Of a stretch of DNA of 64,000 bases, positions 27,444 to 36,066 are shown one piece after another. The stretch is from an uncultured Lachnospiraceae bacterium. GTDB taxonomy: Bacteria > Bacillota > Clostridia > Lachnospirales > Lachnospiraceae. The notes under the pieces are model-generated. The model was not told where the DNA came from and searched no databases. It saw nothing but the letters and a program-made list of their open reading frames with translations. Every line of letters begins with the position of its first letter. Position 1 is the first letter of the stretch. The DNA is taken from assembly GCA_946620235.1 (NCBI GenBank), contig CAMONC010000001.1, positions 414 to 64,413 on the forward strand, read 5' to 3'. The position numbers and the translations under genes are program-made.

Positions 27444-29513
27444 TTACTCCGGAAGTTTCTTTATAAGCCCGTTCAGCGCATCAAATCTGCCTGTGTAGAG
27501 CACACCGCCGGCTTCATCATACAACTCTATCTTCAGATCATCCATTGACTGCTGGAGCAGTGGCAGATAAGTAAATGTTTTATCGATCTCAACCTTTGTA
27601 TCTCCGCCCACATAAGTGCCGTCCTTGTACAGGATACAGAAGCTCTTCACCTCTTTATCTTCGGGCGTGATCTGAAGCTGTATCAGATTGGTGTCATCGA
27701 GCTCTATCGTAAATGTACCGAGGACATCTCCCTCGTTCTTCTTGATATCGTAGCCTGATGTGATGCTCAAGGGACCTGACTCCTCACTCGGATCTATGAT
27801 ACAATCGTCCACAAACTCATCCCCGTTATACAGTCTGATCTTGACCTCATCCAGCTTCTCCAGATCCAGACCCAGATGTCTTAAGGGCTTGTCCTTGGCG
27901 GTACGCTCCCCTACCATTGTATTATTGATCCAGAGCTCATAATCGGTAATATCCACAGCGAAATCATCCGGTATAGTTATGTTAACCTCGAATGCCATAT
28001 CCTGGATGATCCGTTCGATGGAATAGAATGCGCCGTCGGCTTTGTTCTTCTCAACATAACTGGTACCCACTACCGCTGTCTGCATATCCGCATCCGTGCC
28101 TGAGAGTATAGCGCTGATACCGCCGCAGGTCAGTCTGTCAAAAGAGTACAGTGTCTGGGAGTAAAGCTTCATTGCATCCAGGAGACCGTTCTGGAGTTCC
28201 TCGTAGCTTTCCAGCTGGGAATCATACTCCTCGAAGGTCAACTGTCCCAGGCGGTTTTTGAGCTCGGCTGCGGCCAGCTCCTCTTTTGCCTTGTCCAGAT
28301 CACTGATGCTCTGCTTATATGAGTTCTTCACCGATATATAGTTGTTAAAGGTATCCGTGACAGTCTGGTCGAGTGTCTCCTTCGCGGCGTCCTTTTCCTT
28401 GGCGGCTGCCGCATAATCGAGAACATTCTGGAACAGCACATACGGATCATCATCTATATAGCGGGTACCGTCCATGTTGCCCTTGAACCAGAGCCTCGGG
28501 ATCTTCACGAAGAGGAATATCCTGATCTTCCCCTTCCAGTAGCTGTCTATCTTGGTCAGGAAATCCTTGTAATCCTTTTTGAAGGACTTCTTGTTGATGC
28601 TGTTGCCGTTCAGTGCTGCGCTCACATATGACGCGATCATATTGGCGTCCCTGCCGTATTTGTTCTTGACCAGCCCCCAGTTCGTATTAAGTTCGGCTCT
28701 CGCTGTGGTCTCCGCTATGCATGCCTCATAATAGGTCTCGTCACGGTCCTCGGTATACTGTATCAGAGCGTCGAGCTGGTCTCTGGATACCTCGGATTCC
28801 AGATACGGCTTCTCAAATGTGTACTGAGTGGTCACATCTATGCCTATCATCTTGGTCAGCTTCTGCAGATCCGCCTCCAGAGTACGTCTGTCCGATGTGA
28901 TCTTGTCATTGGTGCTGTCCAGTTTCTTCTGTATCTTATCCACGTCAGCCTGCGTGGCCTGACCGGTACGGAGTCTCGCCTGGTTTCTGGCCAGACCGTC
29001 CTTAAGGCTCTCGGCTCTGCGCTCGTTAAATTCAATGGTCTCCTGCAATACCACGATCTCAACGTAGAGATTGTTGACAGTCTCGCTGATCTCATAGGTC
29101 TTATCCTGCAGGTTGTGCTGGGCGACCTTGATATCATACTGTATCGCCACGGGCTTGAACTGGAACTCCGACGCCTCCGCCATATTGGGGCTCGTGGGAA
29201 ACTGGAAGTTAAGCAGCGGTGACCATCTGAACTGGCTCATGGATTCCTGCTTCAGCTTGATGGCTTTGACCGCACTCTCATATTCAGCCTGTTTGGATGC
29301 AATGGCGTCCTCTGCGTTCTCATACTCAAGTGAGTTCTGTATGGCCAGCAGGCGGCAGGCCTTGAGTGTGATCTTCTGTTCTGCGGCTGCTTCGGCTTCG
29401 ATGGAACCGGTGCAGGCGATGTCAATGACATCCCCGACGGGCGTACATATAAGTATCGCGCATGCCAGAAGTATGGCCGTTATTCTGTTTAGGATGCCGG
29501 TCAGCTGCTTCAT
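27444..29513 (-). CDS. TolC/outer-membrane-efflux-like helical protein with beta-rich C-terminal domains
   Basis: Signal peptide; ITLKACRLLAIQNS; two OEP-like repeats (VNNLYVEI...ARLRTGQATQADV and VTDTFNNY...LKNRLGQLTFEEY). Confidence 0.7.
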   Translation of the reverse strand: MKQLTGILNRITAILLACAILICTPVGDVIDIACTGSIEAEAAAEQKITLKACRLLAIQNSLEYENAEDAIASKQAEYESAVKAIKLKQESMSQFRWSPLLNFQFPTSPNMAEASEFQFKPVAIQYDIKVAQHNLQDKTYEISETVNNLYVEIVVLQETIEFNERRAESLKDGLARNQARLRTGQATQADVDKIQKKLDSTNDKITSDRRTLEADLQKLTKMIGIDVTTQYTFEKPYLESEVSRDQLDALIQYTEDRDETYYEACIAETTARAELNTNWGLVKNKYGRDANMIASYVSAALNGNSINKKSFKKDYKDFLTKIDSYWKGKIRIFLFVKIPRLWFKGNMDGTRYIDDDPYVLFQNVLDYAAAAKEKDAAKETLDQTVTDTFNNYISVKNSYKQSISDLDKAKEELAAAELKNRLGQLTFEEYDSQLESYEELQNGLLDAMKLYSQTLYSFDRLTCGGISAILSGTDADMQTAVVGTSYVEKNKADGAFYSIERIIQDMAFEVNITIPDDFAVDITDYELWINNTMVGERTAKDKPLRHLGLDLEKLDEVKIRLYNGDEFVDDCIIDPSEESGPLSITSGYDIKKNEGDVLGTFTIELDDTNLIQLQITPEDKEVKSFCILYKDGTYVGGDTKVEIDKTFTYLPLLQQSMDDLKIELYDEAGGVLYTGRFDALNGLIKKLPE

Positions 29514-29516
29514 ATA

Positions 29517-30752
29517 CTACGCTGTCTCCTCTTCGTCCTGCGAGACATAATAGAACTCGAAGTATCCCGCCCTGTTCGGGCACACGAATGAATACAACAC
29601 ATCTCCTCTGCGGAATGTATATATATAGACCTCATAATCTCTGTCATAAGCTTCCACCGTCGATACATCGGAGAAGCTGTCCGTAGTGACCAGATCGGCC
29701 ACTCCGTCAAATGCGTTCCTGCCGGAATTGATGATGTCTATGGCTATTGCCTCGGGCAGAACGATATCACTGAAGCCCTCGTAAACGGGCGATCCCAGTA
29801 CATCCTCTATATTGGGGATGGTATCCACGACTTCTCCGCCGTAGGTGAAGTAATCGTGGAGGACATAAACCTCCGTGACCTTCTCTTCGTCATCGAGAGC
29901 CTCGGCGTCCCTGACTCCGTGATAGAGTGCGTCGATACCGGTCATGTACACGACCGACTCATCATCGGTCATGTAGAGATCTCTGGCTCCCTTGTAGCAG
30001 TCGGCAACTTCGGATGCGGTCTTGCCCAGCATCTCACTGTAGACGATATTATCGCTTGAAAATGATCCGATGTAGAGTTCATTCTCGCCGGAATCATACA
30101 GGATGCCCGCCCCGTTCTTCATGCCGCGGGCGAAGCTTCCCTCATACTCCTTGGTACCGTTCTCACGATAGAGAGTACCGTTGCCCTCGAACCGGTTATC
30201 ATGGAACGTGCCCTGGTACATCATATTCCCGGCGGGATAGTTCAATGTGCCCTGACCCTCGTATTTATTCTGGTCAAAGGTACCGGTATATACGACATTG
30301 CCGGCCGGATTGTACAGAGTACCCTCTCCGGTCACATATCCTTCCTCTACATTACCGTCGAATGCCCGGTATCCCGACTTGCCCAGGATCCTCACATGGC
30401 CCTTGGCGGTCCTGAGTCTCAATGAATTGTAGTCGTATGTCTTGACCCCGTCCTCATCGAAATGCTTAAAAAGCGATGTCTCGGTACTGATGTACCAGAT
30501 GCTCACGACGCCTATGATGAGTACCAGCGCATAGACCAGGCGTCTGGATATCATCCATCGTCCTACAGTGAAGTAGTCTTCATTGTTGCGGGGCTTAAAG
30601 CCCAGCAGATTGGAGAAGAACTCCCTGATCTTGACTACGACACGCGTCTTGATGAAGCTCCAGCTGGTGTACATGCGGAACTTCGTCACGAATCCGGTCA
30701 TCTTGGACTTGACGGTCTGTATGAGAATATTTAACAGGTTGTTACCGCCCAC
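29517..30752 (-). CDS. Membrane-anchored MORN-repeat protein
   Basis: One TM helix; about five YxGxFxxxxxxGxGxLY repeats. Confidence 0.85.
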   Translation of the reverse strand: MGGNNLLNILIQTVKSKMTGFVTKFRMYTSWSFIKTRVVVKIREFFSNLLGFKPRNNEDYFTVGRWMISRRLVYALVLIIGVVSIWYISTETSLFKHFDEDGVKTYDYNSLRLRTAKGHVRILGKSGYRAFDGNVEEGYVTGEGTLYNPAGNVVYTGTFDQNKYEGQGTLNYPAGNMMYQGTFHDNRFEGNGTLYRENGTKEYEGSFARGMKNGAGILYDSGENELYIGSFSSDNIVYSEMLGKTASEVADCYKGARDLYMTDDESVVYMTGIDALYHGVRDAEALDDEEKVTEVYVLHDYFTYGGEVVDTIPNIEDVLGSPVYEGFSDIVLPEAIAIDIINSGRNAFDGVADLVTTDSFSDVSTVEAYDRDYEVYIYTFRRGDVLYSFVCPNRAGYFEFYYVSQDEEETA

Positions 30753-30768
30753 TTACCGTTTCCTCCGG

Positions 30769-33186
30769 TCATACATGGAGATTTCTGAAGGTTTCTTCGT
30801 CCACGCTCTCGTTCAGGTATCTGTCGCTCTCGAATACATACCATTTCACCAGATCATCATCCGGTGTCTCCTTGAGGATATCCGAGAATAAAGTACGGGA
30901 TATATAGAAGTCTTTCTCATAGAAAGAACCGAGTGCCTCATTGAACTTGTCTGTCACAGCCAGTCTGGCCGCTCTGACTCTGGCGGGATATGCGTCAAGC
31001 ACCTCGTACAGCTTGATACCGCCGTATCTGCTGCCGCATCCTATGTATCCTATGAATCTCAGGGCGCCCGTAACGCTTTCACGCTCCTTGATATCCTCGC
31101 TGATCACCAGCCCCAGATGAAGCCCGGTCACGATGCGGTGGGCTGCCGATATGAGCTTTTTGCGCTCCGCATCGGCATACGTGGTAGTCTCCTCTTCGGT
31201 TCCAGCCACGCCGAAAGAACATTTGTCATAGAACAGGGATGCCGACAGGCTTCCTCCGTTGCCATGATTATATGTGGCAAACACTTCAGTCAGGAATGAG
31301 GTAACGTTCTTCTCATAATCCTGCATGAACATCTGGATGACACTCATATCGGGAGCCTTGCCGACGAGCATGCAGCCGTGAGTCTTCTGGAATGCACCTA
31401 TGCTTCCTATGATCCTGTCATATCCGCGCACATCCCTGATCCCGCCCGGAGGCATATTGATGGTAGCCACGGTTCCCCTGAGTGAGATATGATCTCCGTT
31501 TCTGACATCGATTATCGAGTCCTTCTGCAGGAATTTCTCGATATTCTTGGGGGCAAATCTGTAATAAGCCTCCAGGATACGAAGCTTGCTGTACTGAAGC
31601 TCCTCCACTCTCTTGCTTATCTCGGTCATGGAATCCCACATATCCTTAACGTCACGTCCCATCACCACGGGTCTGTCAGGCAGTTCCTTGCCGAGAGCCG
31701 TGTCGGACAGAGCCGACTCAAGTATCAGCATATCGCGCGAAAGCAGATACCATATGCCCAGGATCAGGATCGATCCGAATGCGAACGACAGGATAAAGAG
31801 TATGATCGCGCCTCTGTTGTCCACCCACACCCCGGCTGTATCCGAAGTGTCATTAATGATGCCCACGATAGCATAGTCGGGAACGGTATCATCATCTGCG
31901 ACAGCTATGGCACGGCTTCTCTGGTTATCTATCACCATATCCTCATATGTAAATCTGTTGCCCTTGAAGAGTGATGTGCTGATCCCGTCCACCGCGTTAC
32001 CGAATATCGAAGTGAGGCTCTGGAGATTGCGTCCGCTGGCGCTGGCCACTGTCACCGAGTCATGAAGCCTCACGATGAGTACATCATAGAAAATATCCGA
32101 GTTGCCCTCACGCCTGACAAAATCCGTCAATGCATGTCTGATGGACTGATACTGCTCCGAATCATAGAATCCCTGCGAACTGTAATCCACATAATCGGTG
32201 ATGCCCGCTTCGTCCGCAAGGCTCAGCATCGATATGACGGCGAACCGTGAATGTTCGGATTTGCGTGCCTCCGAGGTCCTGGCTGTCACGGTATATACTC
32301 CCACCCCGACGATCACCAGGAGCACCGCCTCGGCGATAGCCACGAAGTAGAACATACGGTTACGGTTGATGAACATTCTGACAAGCAGGAAAAGGATCAC
32401 AAACCAGATCAGGAGTATGGCGATATATGCAAGTATGTAATTACCGTAAAGAGAGAATATCTGTCCGGGTGACAGTCTCATGTGGTTCACGGCATACGCT
32501 ACGTTTTCATCCGGTCTGAAATATCCGAAAGGCGCATCCGCATCGGTTCTGGCGAGCATCTCGCCGTTGCCGTATCTGGCCTGAGAGAAGAATCTCCCCT
32601 CGGGAGCCACCTTCTTACGAAGACTCTCGACAATGACCTGTGATCCTGTCAGGGAATCCGGTTCCTTAAGCTCGCTGTTATTGATGCCGTATACGCTCGC
32701 ATACGACCCGTCCCCGGCCAGTGTGGTCAGATACAGCCCACCGGACTCGGCGGAGAATCCGCTTATGATCTCATCGCCCAGCAGAAACGTCTCAGTCTCG
32801 GAGAGGAGCCTAAGCTTGTGATCCATGAATATGATGCGGTAGAAAACGGATGAATCCGTGCCGTCATCGGCATCGGCCTGTTGGATCGTGGATAATACGG
32901 CGTACACGCCCTCATTATTCACGTCTATGAGCTCGACCCTCTCCTCGTCAGCTTCCCGTGACGAGAACATCGCTCTCACGTCTCCGTCCGCATCCATACG
33001 GAATATGCGCCCGCATCCGGCCACGTTGGCGGCGAGGAATATCTTGTCCCCGCTGTATGCACCCTGAGTGTACGCGGTATACTCAACGGTGGCACTTCTG
33101 CCGTTCATAAATGACGCAAAAACGAATATCGACACGGTAAAACTGATGATGTATAAGATTATGATGATCCTGTTACGTAATTTCAT
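30769..33186 (-). CDS. Multi-pass membrane protein with degenerate class III nucleotide-cyclase domain
   Basis: Four TM helices, two extracytoplasmic domains; AYYRFAPK..EKFLQKDSIIDV..GD, LVISE, RFIG, LYEVLD and FNEAL..FY..DF..SRTLF..IL...PDD.LVKWY cyclase-flanking motifs; catalytic residues not conserved. Confidence 0.72.
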   Translation of the reverse strand: MKLRNRIIIILYIISFTVSIFVFASFMNGRSATVEYTAYTQGAYSGDKIFLAANVAGCGRIFRMDADGDVRAMFSSREADEERVELIDVNNEGVYAVLSTIQQADADDGTDSSVFYRIIFMDHKLRLLSETETFLLGDEIISGFSAESGGLYLTTLAGDGSYASVYGINNSELKEPDSLTGSQVIVESLRKKVAPEGRFFSQARYGNGEMLARTDADAPFGYFRPDENVAYAVNHMRLSPGQIFSLYGNYILAYIAILLIWFVILFLLVRMFINRNRMFYFVAIAEAVLLVIVGVGVYTVTARTSEARKSEHSRFAVISMLSLADEAGITDYVDYSSQGFYDSEQYQSIRHALTDFVRREGNSDIFYDVLIVRLHDSVTVASASGRNLQSLTSIFGNAVDGISTSLFKGNRFTYEDMVIDNQRSRAIAVADDDTVPDYAIVGIINDTSDTAGVWVDNRGAIILFILSFAFGSILILGIWYLLSRDMLILESALSDTALGKELPDRPVVMGRDVKDMWDSMTEISKRVEELQYSKLRILEAYYRFAPKNIEKFLQKDSIIDVRNGDHISLRGTVATINMPPGGIRDVRGYDRIIGSIGAFQKTHGCMLVGKAPDMSVIQMFMQDYEKNVTSFLTEVFATYNHGNGGSLSASLFYDKCSFGVAGTEEETTTYADAERKKLISAAHRIVTGLHLGLVISEDIKERESVTGALRFIGYIGCGSRYGGIKLYEVLDAYPARVRAARLAVTDKFNEALGSFYEKDFYISRTLFSDILKETPDDDLVKWYVFESDRYLNESVDEETFRNLHV

Positions 33187-33222
33187 CTGATCCTGTCTTT
33201 CATACGATTAAATCAACACCGT

Positions 33223-34068
33223 CTACTGGAGCAGGCTCTCTGTACCTATCTGTTTGAAAGTGTTAAACAGAAGTCTGAGCCAAGAATTGCCTCCAAGGAA
33301 TAACCTCGACAGCAATATACTGAGCGCCGCGATACCGAGTATCACACTGATCCAGAAAAGTATGCCGAGTATATTGTCCGTATTGCGGGTAAGCCATAAT
33401 CTGAAGCGTCTGTACGGTGTCAGCTTCTCCGTGCTGACCGCGGCGATGGTGACGTCCCTGTACAGATCGGTAAATCTGTCATAGCTTCCGTTCGAGGTTT
33501 TCTTTTCCAGCAGATAATAGCTTGTAGCCTTCTGACCGGCTTTGGGTTCGAGCATCTTAAGCAGGAGCTTCGCACACACACCCGTGCACTCGCTCTCACC
33601 TATCTCGGGATCGAGATCGGCCAGATCCATCTCATATCCGAAGTATACCGACCTGTCATTCGCCATCTGAAGCTGATCACCGGTAAGCAGCAGATACAGT
33701 ATCGGATAAGGCAGATTACAGGTGATACATGCAAGTATCGTGCTGATACACACCTCTTCGCACTGTGCGAGAGTCAGCGTTTCACCGTTATAGAACTCCG
33801 AAAGAGGCCTTTCACGGTGATACGGAAATACCAGGATCTCCTGATCGCCGTGTGCGAACTCCTCTATCAGCACCCCGTCTCCGGTGCGGTCTGACATATT
33901 AAACAGCTCGAGAATCTGGCGTACCCTCGTGTGATTGTGCACAACGATCACCGTGTACATAATGCTCCCGCCGGAGTTTAAGTCCTTGCATATATAGCAG
34001 TCACTGACCTCACCGACACTTTTGGTGCTCACGGTCAGAAGACGCATTTTGCCGGATTCATATATCAT
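33223..34068 (-). CDS. Kinase-like (pseudo-kinase) protein with C-terminal TM helix
   Basis: N-lobe-like beta start (SDCYICKD...YTVIVV), LVFPY hinge-like segment, no HRD/DFG; TM helix near the C-terminus. Confidence 0.45.
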   Translation of the reverse strand: MIYESGKMRLLTVSTKSVGEVSDCYICKDLNSGGSIMYTVIVVHNHTRVRQILELFNMSDRTGDGVLIEEFAHGDQEILVFPYHRERPLSEFYNGETLTLAQCEEVCISTILACITCNLPYPILYLLLTGDQLQMANDRSVYFGYEMDLADLDPEIGESECTGVCAKLLLKMLEPKAGQKATSYYLLEKKTSNGSYDRFTDLYRDVTIAAVSTEKLTPYRRFRLWLTRNTDNILGILFWISVILGIAALSILLSRLFLGGNSWLRLLFNTFKQIGTESLLQ

Positions 34069-34080
34069 CCGATGGGCTCC

Positions 34081-35934
34081 TTACAGATCGAGTTTCGGTA
34101 TATCAACCATGGGCTCCGGCTTCTGCTCGGGTGTTCCGCCCGGATCCGACTCCTTGGCATCGTTCTTGACTATCGCGTATGCATAGGTGCATACCATGGG
34201 CATATCGGAGCAATATATCCTGATCTCGTATACACCCTCCTTGGCCGGTGCGGTATATACTCCGTCAGTGGACACTTCACCGCTGCCGGATGCTGTCAGC
34301 TCATAGGTGATGCTGACGGGATCCATATTGTTGAACTGTACACCGAAGTAATAATTCTCACGAGGTCTCATGACAACAGTGGGGGTCTTGGCCGTGATGG
34401 TCTTGCCGTAATAATCCGCAGTATCGAGGTCGTCACCCGAAGGGAACCTGATGGCTACCCATCTGTATGTCAGCACAAGGAAATCAACGTCATGCAAAAG
34501 CTTGGCTGCCACTACGAAGCTGCCCTTGTCATTGAGCACCCTGACCGCGGTCTCCGCATCAACCAGCTGCTGTGACTGTCTGGAGAAAAGCTCGGGATTA
34601 CCGTATACGGTACTCTTGGCATTGGCCCCGAGTGCCTGATCGGCGGAGAGGTACTCATATCCTATCGATACATATACATTGCCGCTGCCGAGCCCGTGCG
34701 TGATCTCTCCGGAATAGCGTATATCTCCGGCTCTGGCGTCCTTGCCCAAAGGGATCTCCAGCACGCCCGTAGCCACATTCTTAAGCTCAGAACCGGTGAT
34801 CGGAGCGGGGGCAGTATCCGATGAAGAATTCGCATCCGCTGTTTCGGGGACGGATATATCCGCTTCCTTGACGTAATACTCCATGTATTCGGTGCGGATC
34901 GAATTCTGTGCAGGCAGATCGATATAAGCATCGGTTGCGGGATCAATCACATCCTCGATCACATAAGCGCTGTCGGTGCGCATCAGTTTGATATCGGCCA
35001 GGCGGATCGAATCCGTACCCATACCCTGTCTCATCTCGAGGTTGAGTCTGCCGAGCTCGCGTCCGACAAGTGCTGAGGGAGAATCCTCCGAAAGTCTGAC
35101 TCTTATGGCTATGCTGCTCTCGGCACCTATAGCCTTATCATCCTCAAATGCCGTCGCGGATCCGCTCCTCAGGATCACATTGGATTCTATACCGGGCTGG
35201 CTCATGGTCTTCACCCAGTAATCCCTGTACATCACACCGCCCTCCGGCAGTTCTATATCATCCACGCAGATCTCTATCTGCTGTGTACCGTCCGGTGCCG
35301 TAAATGCCGGTATATCCAGGATTCCCTTGAACGAAAGCTTCACGTCCGCATCGGTCTTTTTGTGTATCTCAAGCCTGATCTTTACATTGCGGTCCTTGCA
35401 TACGGTCGTTGGCATCACAATAAATCCGGTAAAGTTCGCTCCCGAGAACACCTGCTCCTTCGTCAGGAACTCAGACTCCAGCTCCAGTCCTTCCTCATAA
35501 TCCTCGCGATCGCAGAGGAATAACTCGAAGCCCTCACTGATACGGTTGAATTCATAATCCTGGTCCGTATCCTTGTGGCTCACGGCATATACGGAATGTA
35601 TCTCATTCTCCTTGTATCTCACGCAGAGACTTGCCAGATCGGTATGAAGAGAATCAAATCCCGATATCGTGGACAGCTTCTTGACGATGGATGAGTCAAT
35701 GATGATCTCACGCCCGGTACCGTCAATGACCACACCGCTTTCAACCAGTATCGACAGATCGTCCAGATTAAACACGCCGCACCCGCATACGATACCCGAT
35801 CCGTACATGAGGCTGTTCATAAACCTGAGCTTGTCGATGTGGTAGTTCTGCTCCGCCTGGAAATCAGCCGTAGTAAGCATCTTACCCGGATAATAGCGGT
35901 TCCTTTCAAACGGATATAACTGACTGTTTGGCAT
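34081..35934 (-). CDS. CIS baseplate-attachment/fibre-like protein with C-terminal Ig-like domain
   Basis: N-terminal FERNRYYPGKMLTTADFQAEQNYH...GSGIVCG...VESGVVIDGTGREII, typical of CIS fibre anchor domains; C-terminal GEVSTDGVYTAP. Confidence 0.72.
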   Translation of the reverse strand: MPNSQLYPFERNRYYPGKMLTTADFQAEQNYHIDKLRFMNSLMYGSGIVCGCGVFNLDDLSILVESGVVIDGTGREIIIDSSIVKKLSTISGFDSLHTDLASLCVRYKENEIHSVYAVSHKDTDQDYEFNRISEGFELFLCDREDYEEGLELESEFLTKEQVFSGANFTGFIVMPTTVCKDRNVKIRLEIHKKTDADVKLSFKGILDIPAFTAPDGTQQIEICVDDIELPEGGVMYRDYWVKTMSQPGIESNVILRSGSATAFEDDKAIGAESSIAIRVRLSEDSPSALVGRELGRLNLEMRQGMGTDSIRLADIKLMRTDSAYVIEDVIDPATDAYIDLPAQNSIRTEYMEYYVKEADISVPETADANSSSDTAPAPITGSELKNVATGVLEIPLGKDARAGDIRYSGEITHGLGSGNVYVSIGYEYLSADQALGANAKSTVYGNPELFSRQSQQLVDAETAVRVLNDKGSFVVAAKLLHDVDFLVLTYRWVAIRFPSGDDLDTADYYGKTITAKTPTVVMRPRENYYFGVQFNNMDPVSITYELTASGSGEVSTDGVYTAPAKEGVYEIRIYCSDMPMVCTYAYAIVKNDAKESDPGGTPEQKPEPMVDIPKLDL

Positions 35935-36009
35935 TAACTTTTACCCCCGAAAAAAAGTATATATAAAACGTTTGCATGCCACCTGAAGGCATAGTTACAT
36001 ACAGATAAC

Positions 36010-36018
36010 ATTATAGCA
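36010..36018 (-). promoter_or_regulatory. Extended -10 promoter (TGcTATAAT) for the CIS operon
   Basis: Perfect TGnTATAAT about 75 bp upstream of the ATG at 35934 in an AT-rich intergenic region; poor -35. Confidence 0.7.
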
Positions 36019-36040
36019 TAAATATATGCTAACAAAAGCA

Positions 36041-36059
36041 TTCCAACAAACTTCCAACA
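36041..36059 (-). promoter_or_regulatory. Direct-repeat operator TGTTGGAA-N3-TGTTGGAA just upstream of the -35 region
   Basis: 8-bp direct repeat with 11-bp period; identical copy at 5-23. Confidence 0.65.
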
Positions 36060-36066
36060 AATACAC

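Noticed and set aside
77-35934. Canonical T6SS
   Set aside because: No recognisable TssJ/L/M, TssA, ClpV or split TssB/C; the sheath is single-chain and phage-like
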